Of a DNA stretch of 13,404 bases, positions 1-6,153 are shown in pieces; the stretch's first letter is position 1; each line of letters begins with the position of its first letter. Source of the stretch: a virus. The DNA lies in the IMG/VR virus record IMGVR_UViG_3300045988_123230, positions 1-13,404 of that record; one strand, given 5' to 3'. A model generated the notes under the pieces. It ran no database searches, had not been told where the DNA came from, and was given only the letters and a program-made list of their open reading frames with translations. Made by a program: the position numbers and the translations under genes.

Positions 1-249
1 GGGCCGCAGTGACATTATTATACTTTCATAACAATTCCCCTATACTTATATAATTATATTTCATAACAATCAGTTTACACCCGCTAAACTCCTGTTTACT
101 CATACCAAACCCATTCAATTCACACTAACTAAACTCTAGTTTACCAACACTGAACCGAAATTTGTTTCAATTTTTTCTCAAATTTTTTTAAAAAACCTCT
201 TGATTTTTCGGCGCGTTGTGGTAAAATAATCACGTCGGAAGGGGTGAGA
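1..249. repeat. Left inverted terminal repeat (ITR-L), 249 bp
   Basis: Bases 1..249 are the exact reverse complement of 13156..13404, base by base to the window ends. Identity stops at 250 (a) versus 13155 (complement t). The 5' end begins GGG. Contains internal repeats, phased A/T tracts, a promoter and an SD. Confidence 0.97.
200..227 (+). promoter_or_regulatory. Early promoter inside ITR-L (sigma-A/sigma-70 type, extended -10), reading inward
   Basis: TTGATT (200..205), 16-nt spacer, TGgTAAAAT (219..227). An A/T-rich UP-like tract lies upstream at 158..195. Predicted +1 is near 234, followed by the SD GGGGTGA (241..247) and ATG 252. Confidence 0.7.
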
Positions 250-251
250 AT

Positions 252-446
252 ATGAATACCGAATACATTATCAATGTGATTTTCACAGCAGCTTTAGCGT
301 ATGAGAGAGGACGTGCAATTGCAGATGATTTGGATTCGTACATTGTGCAATCAGAAGGTTTTAACGCTGTTATGAGTATCATTCAGTGTTTAGGTTTAGT
401 GCTTGAATACAATGAATGGAAAGAACAACATATTATAAGGAGGTGA
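252..446 (+). CDS. Hypothetical early protein, 64 aa
   Basis: First ORF after the ITR promoter, with ATG 4 nt after the SD GGGGTGA. Tightly packed against the next SD-led ORF. No recognisable motif. Confidence 0.6.
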   Translation: MNTEYIINVIFTAALAYERGRAIADDLDSYIVQSEGFNAVMSIIQCLGLVLEYNEWKEQHIIRR

Positions 447-450
447 TTAT

Positions 451-537
451 ATGTTATGGATTGTAATTTCTCTTTCGTTGTTTTTTGTTGCAGTTGTTCT
501 TCCGTTCATTCAGTATTCTAGATATTATGATGAATGA
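451..537 (+). CDS. Hydrophobic micropeptide, 28 aa (MLWIVISLSLFFVAVVLPFIQYSRYYDE), single predicted TM helix
   Basis: Below the ORF-track cutoff; read by hand. Strong SD AAGGAGGTGA (438..447) sits 3 nt before ATG 451. The stop TGA (535..537) overlaps the next ATG (534) as ATGA. Confidence 0.5.
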   Translation: MLWIVISLSLFFVAVVLPFIQYSRYYDE

Positions 538-620
538 AGGTGTGTAGTGTGTTTGAAGTAATATGGAAGGTGTTGTTGGTTGCTATGTTGTTTGTTTGGT
601 TGACAGATGTGAGGGATTAA
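534..620 (+). CDS. Second hydrophobic micropeptide, 28 aa (MKVCSVFEVIWKVLLVAMLFVWLTDVRD)
   Basis: ATG 534 overlaps the upstream stop (ATGA). Its own stop TAA (618..620) directly abuts ATG 621 of the next ORF. It has no SD of its own, so translation would depend on coupling. Confidence 0.35.
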   Translation: MKVCSVFEVIWKVLLVAMLFVWLTDVRD

Positions 621-866
621 ATGAGAACTGTAAAAATGAAGATTTGCCGTTTGCATCTCGGAAGGGTTGTAAACGGTGAGGTAGTTGCCGCATGGCAAGA
701 GGATGTTTTGAAGCATATGACACCTGAACAGGCTGCTAAATACGTCCGGAGAACAAAGAGTTTTGATATTGTTATGCTTGGAAGTGAAAACATTATCGAT
801 TCTCTTGATGTCGAAAAAGCCTATTATAATCAGAATAAGAAAGTTGAGGAAATGAAGAATGAATGA
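621..866 (+). CDS. Hypothetical early protein, 81 aa (possible small DNA-binding/regulatory protein)
   Basis: SD GAGGGA (611..616) precedes ATG 621. The stop overlaps the start of the next gene (859). It occupies the position that phi29 p6/p4-type small early proteins hold upstream of the SSB and TP. Function is inferred only. Confidence 0.6.
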   Translation: MRTVKMKICRLHLGRVVNGEVVAAWQEDVLKHMTPEQAAKYVRRTKSFDIVMLGSENIIDSLDVEKAYYNQNKKVEEMKNE

Positions 867-1245
867 ATTGGTAGTATTTAATGATAGCAACGTTTATCTT
901 TCTCTTGACGCGGAGAAGGAACGCAAAGTAGTAGCTAACGCGATTGTCTCGGCTGATTATAAGATTGGAGATTTTATCAATCAGCGTATTCAGCTCAAAG
1001 ATTTGTATATTGAGCCGATTGAATTTACGAACAAGGAAACCGGCGAAGTTGAAGCGGGTCATAGAATTATCATGTTTGACGTGGATAAAAAATCCTATGA
1101 AACCTGTTCGTCTGGTATTTATAACGCGCTCAAGCGAATTTGTAGCGTGTACGGGATGCCCACTTGGGAAGAACCGATTACGGTTGAAGTTAAGCAGGTA
1201 CAGCGTAGCGCAGACAGAAAGATGCTTACGCTGAAAATCGTTTAA
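859..1245 (+). CDS. Candidate single-stranded DNA-binding protein, 128 aa
   Basis: SD GAGGA (846..850). Size and position match phi29 gene 5 (124 aa), just upstream of TP and polymerase. The pattern LYIEPIEF..ETGE....RIIMFD.D..SYE..SSGIY..LKRI....G.P.WEEPI.V resembles, from memory, the small phage SSB family described in lactococcal phages. Not verified by search. Confidence 0.4.
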   Translation: MNELVVFNDSNVYLSLDAEKERKVVANAIVSADYKIGDFINQRIQLKDLYIEPIEFTNKETGEVEAGHRIIMFDVDKKSYETCSSGIYNALKRICSVYGMPTWEEPITVEVKQVQRSADRKMLTLKIV

Positions 1246-1255
1246 GAAAGGAGTG

Positions 1256-1289
1256 CCGTGGAATTGAGTAAATTCCACGGCTATTTTGT
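1256..1289 (+). terminator. Stem-loop with U-tract (attenuator or partial terminator) between the SSB candidate and TP candidate
   Basis: Perfect 10-bp stem CCGTGGAATT (1256..1265) / AATTCCACGG (1271..1280) with loop GAGTA, followed by CTATTTTGT. It lies between an SD (AAAGGAG, 1247..1253) and ATG 1290. Confidence 0.5.
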
Positions 1290-1922
1290 ATGAATGAAGC
1301 AAGGGCTGAATATCAGCGTTTACGTCATAACATATTAAGGCGCGTAAAAAGAATAGAATCAGCTGGATTGTCAAAATACGCGCCCCGTGTTGATTTGCCT
1401 GATAGTAGAGGGTTGACAGATAATGATATACAGAAATATTTGCGCCGCGCTCAGAAGTATGAAGAATCTGTAAGAATATCAGTTGCGAAAGCAAAACGTG
1501 AAGCAAAGCTGGAAGCAGAACGGCGATATAAACGCGAGAAACGCGCGGTAAAAAAGCTAGACAAAAATATACAGAATTATATTAGTGGTATTAAAAAATG
1601 GTTGAAACGTCAAGGCAAAAATCCTTCTTTAATTAACTCAAATAATTATTATGAATGGATTGGATATATAGAATATCGCAAGGCAATTGAAGCATCAAGC
1701 GATAAATACAAATTTGATAAGTATGTATCCGATGCAGAAGAAGAACTTACAGATGATAAACGGCAGATTGACGCAGATGAAGTTTTAGCTGATTACATTG
1801 ATTATGTTAAAGAGCAATCTCAGTTTATCGAACAGTCAAAAACCGCATTGAACGCGCAAAAAGGTGCATATAGTAGTGACGTTATAGCGAACAAATTTAG
1901 CACAAAGAACAAAAGAAGGTGA
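1290..1922 (+). CDS. Candidate terminal protein (TP), 210 aa
   Basis: Lies immediately upstream of the protein-primed polymerase, the conserved TP position in phi29, Cp-1 and PRD1. The centre is very basic (KAKREAKLEAERRYKREKRAVKK) and the C-terminal half acidic, with Ser/Tyr-rich GAYSSD near the C-terminus as possible priming residues. No sequence family recognised. Confidence 0.5.
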   Translation: MNEARAEYQRLRHNILRRVKRIESAGLSKYAPRVDLPDSRGLTDNDIQKYLRRAQKYEESVRISVAKAKREAKLEAERRYKREKRAVKKLDKNIQNYISGIKKWLKRQGKNPSLINSNNYYEWIGYIEYRKAIEASSDKYKFDKYVSDAEEELTDDKRQIDADEVLADYIDYVKEQSQFIEQSKTALNAQKGAYSSDVIANKFSTKNKRR

Positions 1923-1926
1923 TTAT

Positions 1927-3981
1927 ATGGAGCTGGAAGCAGTTAAAAAATTAATAAAGAATGCTTCACTAGTTCCACATAAGAGACGACGTGCAAGGCG
2001 GGAAATAATTGATTTAGTGTGCGCTTTTGACATTGAAACAACAACCATCATGCATAAAGACGAATATCACGCTTTTATGTATGTTTGGCAATTTTCAGCG
2101 AATAATGAGGTTATCATTATAGGAAGAACATGGGAAGAATATCAAGAGTTGGTCGGCGTAATAGAAGAAAGTCTGAAAGAGCTTAAAGAAGAATACAATT
2201 TAAAAGAAATGCCATTGTTAGTTGTATATGTGCATAATTTGGCATTTGAATTTCAATATTTATCTGGAATATTTGATTTTATGCCGGAAGATGTTTTTTT
2301 ACGTGGCGCACGAAAACCTATATATGCCCGTACTGGATGTATAGAATATCGGTGTAGCTATATTCAATCTAATATGAGTTTAGCACGATTCTGTCAAGCT
2401 ATGGGCGTGAAAGAGCAAAAAAAGAGCGGACAAAAATATGATTATACAAAAACAAGATATCCTTGGACAGAGTTGTCAAATGATGAAATTGAATATTGCC
2501 GAATGGATGTTATAAGTGTTGTTGCATGTATTAAAAAGGAACTTGAGAAAGAGAATGATACACTTCTGAGCATACCCTTAACTAGTACCGGATATGTTAG
2601 GCGCGAATGTTATAATGCACTCAAGCCGAAAATGAAAACGTTGCAAAGTATCATGCCGTCGCTTGAAGAATATACGCTGTTGCGTAAAGCGTTTAGGGGC
2701 GGCAATACTCACGCAAACAAGTATTATGTTGGTAAAGTTATTGAGAATGTATTGTCTGATGATAAAGCTAGTAGTTATCCAGCACAGCTTGTAAATGAGA
2801 AATACCCATATAAATTTAAAAAAATAGATAGCACAGTTGAAGAAGTGCATAGATTTATTTCATACGGTTGCGCAGTTGTATTTACAGTTATTTTTAAAAA
2901 TCTTGAGCTTAGGCGTGAAAAAGAAGCATGCCCGTATATAAGTTTAGCAAAAACACGTTCAGCTGGCGGGCAAAGTTGCGGTGATGGTTATCTTGATTTG
3001 ATATTGGATAACGGCAGAATACTGAGTGCAGGAATAAGTGAAATGACAATTACGGAAATTGATTATGATATTATAAGAAATCAATATCAATGGGAAGATA
3101 TGACCATAACAGCGGCGATGTTTGCTGAAAAGGATTATTTGCCGAAAGAGTTTATAGAGGTTATTTTGGAATATTATAGTAGAAAGACAAAATTAAAAGG
3201 TTTGGAGGATGAAGAAAACCAATATTTTTACATGAAAGCAAAGAATTTATTGAATAGTCTTTATGGTATGTGCGCAACTAATCCTATACAAGATACGATA
3301 GAGTATATTGATAATGATTATATAGAGCGTCCACATACGGATGAAGAAAATAAAAATCTGCTGATGAAAGCAAAGTTGCCGTATCAATGGGGCGTATACT
3401 GTACAGCATACGCGCGGAAAGCGTTGCAAGATGGTATTGACGCTGTTGGAAATGCTCTTGTATATTGTGACACAGATAGTGTCAAGTATGTTGGTGATGC
3501 TAATTTTGACAAAGTAAATAAGAGTATCATGATACAGGATAAAAAGCGCGGCGGATATGCAGTAGACGGAAAAGGAACGACACATTATTTAGGGATATTT
3601 GAACCTGATGGAAAGTATGAGAAATTTATTACGCAGGGCGCAAAAAGATATGCTTATATAACTAACGGGAAATTAAAAGTTACTGTTTCCGGCGTAACAA
3701 AGAAAATCAATGAACAAACAGGAAAACCGTTTGCAAGTGAAGAATTAAAGGACATTGAGAATTTTAAAGTCGGCATGATATGGAAGGACGCAGGCGGAAC
3801 AAGAGCAGTATATAATGATAACGATAATTTTGATATAGATGTAGAAGGAAAGACCTTACATATAAGCAAAAATGTCGTAATTGTGCCAACAACATATGAG
3901 CTTACATATAGTAAGGATTATGACGAGTTGTTGAATCGTATTAGTCTATATGGCAGATGGAGAAAGGATAAACGTGTATGA
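1927..3981 (+). CDS. Protein-primed family-B DNA polymerase (phi29-type pPolB), 684 aa
   Basis: SD GAAGGTGA lies 5 nt upstream. Motifs seen: ExoI FDIETT, ExoII HNLAFEFQY, ExoIII YCRMDV, motif A DDKASSYPAQ (Dx2SLYP-like), motif B KNLLNSLYG, motif C YCDTDS, and KxY as GAKRYAY. Confidence 0.93.
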   Translation: MELEAVKKLIKNASLVPHKRRRARREIIDLVCAFDIETTTIMHKDEYHAFMYVWQFSANNEVIIIGRTWEEYQELVGVIEESLKELKEEYNLKEMPLLVVYVHNLAFEFQYLSGIFDFMPEDVFLRGARKPIYARTGCIEYRCSYIQSNMSLARFCQAMGVKEQKKSGQKYDYTKTRYPWTELSNDEIEYCRMDVISVVACIKKELEKENDTLLSIPLTSTGYVRRECYNALKPKMKTLQSIMPSLEEYTLLRKAFRGGNTHANKYYVGKVIENVLSDDKASSYPAQLVNEKYPYKFKKIDSTVEEVHRFISYGCAVVFTVIFKNLELRREKEACPYISLAKTRSAGGQSCGDGYLDLILDNGRILSAGISEMTITEIDYDIIRNQYQWEDMTITAAMFAEKDYLPKEFIEVILEYYSRKTKLKGLEDEENQYFYMKAKNLLNSLYGMCATNPIQDTIEYIDNDYIERPHTDEENKNLLMKAKLPYQWGVYCTAYARKALQDGIDAVGNALVYCDTDSVKYVGDANFDKVNKSIMIQDKKRGGYAVDGKGTTHYLGIFEPDGKYEKFITQGAKRYAYITNGKLKVTVSGVTKKINEQTGKPFASEELKDIENFKVGMIWKDAGGTRAVYNDNDNFDIDVEGKTLHISKNVVIVPTTYELTYSKDYDELLNRISLYGRWRKDKRV

Positions 3982-5009
3982 GTGATTTGTATCTTGATAA
4001 TGGTTATGTTAATTTTGATTATCTATGGAATAAGAATCAGAGTTTTATGCTGCTAGTCGGCGGATGGGGAACAGGTAAGACTTACGGCGCATTAAAAAAG
4101 GTGCTTGAGACCGGAAAGAAGTTTATATATATGCGCCGTCTTGAGACTGCTCTTGAGATTTCAAGTGACGCTGACGGAAACCCCTTTAAAAAACTTAATA
4201 AGGATTTAGGTATGAACATACAGCCGATTATTAAAAAGAATCTAGTTAAGTATTATGAATGTGATGTTGACGACAACGGAAGGAATATCCCGAAAGGCTT
4301 GCCTATTGGTTTAGGCGTCGCGCTTTCAACGTTTTCAAAAATGCGCGGCGTTGATTTTTCCGATATTGATTATATCATTTATGATGAGTTTATAGCTATG
4401 AGTGGCGAAAGAACTATCAAAGATGAGTTTTCAGCATTTTTGCGATTTTACGAGACGGTGAATCGAAATCGCGAATTATCGGGCGAATCTGCTGTAAAGT
4501 GTTATATGCTGGGAAATCCGAATACAATGGGCAATGCCTACTTTTTGGGTTGGGACTTAGTCAAAAAGTGGCAAGTGATGGATAGGAGTAAACAAAATAT
4601 CTACACAGATATGAAATCCGGTATTACGCTGATTAGGCTTAATGATAGCCCCATCTCCAAACGAAAGCAGACTGAAACAGTGCTGTATAAAACCGATGAT
4701 GAATACATGTACGAGAATGGAATTATAGCGCAGTTCGCACAAAGCACACAGAATATCAAATCGCTGAATATGCGTGAATGTTATCCGATTGTAGGAGTGG
4801 GAAGAATCGGTATATATGGGTTGAGGTCAAGAGATGGGTTATATGTATCGTCAAAGGGAATAGGCAACCCATATTATATGAACAGAGATGACGACTTAAA
4901 GAATTTTAGGATTATGTATGGATTGCTTAAGGTTAGTTATTTCCGGAAAACCATTATTTTTGAAAATTATGATTGTGAATTACGCTTTAAGGAGTATTTC
5001 GGTCTATAA
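3978..5009 (+). CDS. DNA encapsidation ATPase (phi29 gp16-like), 343 aa
   Basis: Walker A GGWGTGKT and Walker B DYIIYDEF. Size is close to phi29 gp16 (332 aa). The start ATG overlaps the polymerase stop as ATGA (3978..3981). No small terminase or nuclease-type large terminase is seen anywhere. Confidence 0.8.
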   Translation: MSDLYLDNGYVNFDYLWNKNQSFMLLVGGWGTGKTYGALKKVLETGKKFIYMRRLETALEISSDADGNPFKKLNKDLGMNIQPIIKKNLVKYYECDVDDNGRNIPKGLPIGLGVALSTFSKMRGVDFSDIDYIIYDEFIAMSGERTIKDEFSAFLRFYETVNRNRELSGESAVKCYMLGNPNTMGNAYFLGWDLVKKWQVMDRSKQNIYTDMKSGITLIRLNDSPISKRKQTETVLYKTDDEYMYENGIIAQFAQSTQNIKSLNMRECYPIVGVGRIGIYGLRSRDGLYVSSKGIGNPYYMNRDDDLKNFRIMYGLLKVSYFRKTIIFENYDCELRFKEYFGL

Positions 5010-5027
5010 TGTTTCACGTGAAACATT
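5008..5027. promoter_or_regulatory. 20-bp perfect palindrome AATGTTTCACGTGAAACATT (candidate operator/activator site)
   Basis: Perfect dyad centred at 5017/5018. It overlaps the ATPase stop codon and the first 2 nt of the -35 hexamer. Its 16-bp core TGTTTCACGTGAAACA recurs exactly at 7903..7918. Confidence 0.55.
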
Positions 5028-5053
5028 GACAAATCGCGCTTATATGATATAAT
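5026..5053 (+). promoter_or_regulatory. Candidate late promoter (near-consensus, extended -10)
   Basis: TTGACA (5026..5031), 16-nt spacer, TGaTATAAT (5045..5053). Predicted +1 is near 5060. Confidence 0.65.
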
Positions 5054-5057
5054 AGAT

Positions 5058-5130
5058 GTGGGCGGTGGTTGTGCAACGCAAGCCCCTGAAGGGCGCACAG
5101 TGTCGGCGGACAAATGAGACTGCCGCCTGC
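5058..5130 (+). ncRNA. Candidate structured RNA (three-helix junction) at the 5' end of the promoter-5026 transcript; pRNA-like packaging RNA or stabilising leader
   Basis: Hand-folded. P1 pairs 5058..5066 with 5122..5130 (GC-rich, GGGCGG/CCGCC core, with G-U pairs). P2 pairs 5070..5074 with 5095..5099 and 5082..5085 with 5091..5094 (loop CUGAA). P3 pairs 5100..5104 with 5116..5120 (one mismatch). It starts at the predicted +1 and is much more GC-rich than the following 300 nt. Confidence 0.35.
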
Positions 5131-5148
5131 CAATTAAGGAGTGATTTG

Positions 5149-5289
5149 ATGTATCGAACTATAGGATTTGAAGTATCAGCGAAAGCAGTTGTTCTTATTT
5201 TATGTGAGAGAACAGACGGCAATAAATTTTCTGATAATATGCATTTTTTTAACTATAAAAAACGAATATATAGGTATCTTATCCGCTAA
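5149..5289 (+). CDS. Possible small ORF, 46 aa (MYRTIGFEVSAKAVVLILCERTDGNKFSDNMHFFNYKKRIYRYLIR)
   Basis: Good SD AAGGAG (5136..5141) lies 7 nt before ATG 5149, the internal Met of track ORF 5056..5289. Composition is AT-rich, the sequence is unremarkable, and it is not tightly packed with its neighbours. Confidence 0.3.
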   Translation: MYRTIGFEVSAKAVVLILCERTDGNKFSDNMHFFNYKKRIYRYLIR

Positions 5290-5309
5290 TAGATTTTCAT
5301 ATCAAAGAG

Positions 5310-5338
5310 TTGGCAACATGCTAATAGGCAGATATAAA
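5310..5338 (+). promoter_or_regulatory. Weaker second promoter candidate upstream of the lysis genes
   Basis: TTGGCA (5310..5315), 17-nt spacer, TATAAA (5333..5338). Supported by sequence match only. Confidence 0.25.
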
Positions 5339-5439
5339 CTATATCCTTATGAGTATGAGGCTGATAAAAAATATTTAGAATTGGGTGATTATCGGTTACC
5401 ACCGAATTTTGAACACGGTAATAAAAGGGGGTGTATGTA

Positions 5440-5667
5440 ATGGAAACTTTCATTCAATTCATTCAAACGCTTGGCTTCCCGATTGCAATTGCAGTCTATC
5501 TCTTGTATGACAGGTCTAAGGCAGACCAGCTCCATAAGGATGAGATGGATGCAATGCGCAAAGAGATGGAAAACAGCAATGCAAAGATGACAGAGGCGTT
5601 GAACAACAATACCAATGTTTTGTCGCGAATCTTGGAGGTGTTGCATGTTGGTAACGGTGAAAGCTGA
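5440..5667 (+). CDS. Holin, BhlA/UviB-like, 75 aa
   Basis: SD AAAGGGGG (5424..5431) precedes ATG 5440, preferred over the track's GTG 5431. One N-terminal TM helix (LGFPIAIAVYLLY) is followed by a charged coiled-coil tail (DRSKADQLHKDEMDAMRKEMEN), the architecture of BhlA-type holins. Lies directly upstream of, and overlapping, the endolysin gene. Confidence 0.65.
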   Translation: METFIQFIQTLGFPIAIAVYLLYDRSKADQLHKDEMDAMRKEMENSNAKMTEALNNNTNVLSRILEVLHVGNGES

Positions 5668-6151
5668 TGCTTTGGTTAAGGCGGCACAAAAGACAATTGG
5701 TTGGGACTATGTATACGGCAAAGCCGAAACAGGACAGGTAGATTGTAGCGGGCTGATTGTGTATCTGATGCGAGGGCTTGGTGGCAGAATTCCGTTTCAC
5801 GGTAGTAATAGCATGTACCGCGCAGATTGTGAAGGACAGCATTTGCCCATGTCGCAGGCGAAAGCCGGATATCTGTGCTTTAAGCATCGACCGTGGGGCG
5901 AATCACAGAAGGCAAACAGATATTACGGGAAAGAACCCGCTGATATTTACCATGTCGGCATTATGGGTTTTGACGGAAAGGTTATCAACGCGGCAAATAA
6001 AAAGAGCGGCGTTATCAAGTCAAGTCCCGAAATGTGGGATTCATGCGCAAAACTTAAAGGCGTGGAATATCCCGATGCGCTCAGCACGTCAAAACTTGAT
6101 GAGCTGATTGCATCACTTGACGCATTGCTTGACGAGTATAGAGGTGATTAA
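5645..6151 (+). CDS. Endolysin, NlpC/P60 family cysteine peptidase, 168 aa
   Basis: SD GGAGGTG (5634..5640) precedes ATG 5645, the internal Met of track ORF 5615. Catalytic-type motifs are DCSGLI (Cys) and YHVGI (His). Overlaps the holin 3' end by 23 nt. Confidence 0.75.
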   Translation: MLVTVKADALVKAAQKTIGWDYVYGKAETGQVDCSGLIVYLMRGLGGRIPFHGSNSMYRADCEGQHLPMSQAKAGYLCFKHRPWGESQKANRYYGKEPADIYHVGIMGFDGKVINAANKKSGVIKSSPEMWDSCAKLKGVEYPDALSTSKLDELIASLDALLDEYRGD

Positions 6152-6153
6152 CA

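Noticed and set aside
793-1506. 237-aa ORF on the - strand spanning the SSB candidate and the start of the TP candidate
   Set aside because: It is antisense to tightly packed, SD-led + strand genes. It has no SD, would be transcribed against the ITR promoter, and its sequence is low-complexity with no motifs. Treated as a shadow ORF.
5060-5132. tRNA-like reading of the structured RNA: a 7-bp acceptor-like stem 5060..5066/5122..5128, followed by G and CCA
   Set aside because: The inner arms do not fit a cloverleaf. There is no T-arm or GTTCRA loop, the central hairpin has a 5-nt rather than a 7-nt loop and lacks U33, and the overall length is short. Kept as a generic structured RNA, not called a tRNA.
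5392-5410. Small hairpin TCGGT-TACC-ACCGA followed by ATTTT, a possible terminator before the holin gene
   Set aside because: The stem is only 5 bp and the U-tract is interrupted. A terminator here would cut off the whole late operon. Too weak to call.
5056-5440. Full-length track ORFs 5056..5289 (77 aa) and 5168..5440 (90 aa) as late genes
   Set aside because: ORF 5056 would start inside or just before the predicted +1 and lacks an SD. ORF 5168 starts at TTG without an SD and is AT-rich and low-complexity. Only the SD-led internal start at 5149 is kept, at low confidence. The possible 40-aa ORF 5318..5440 is mentioned but not called.
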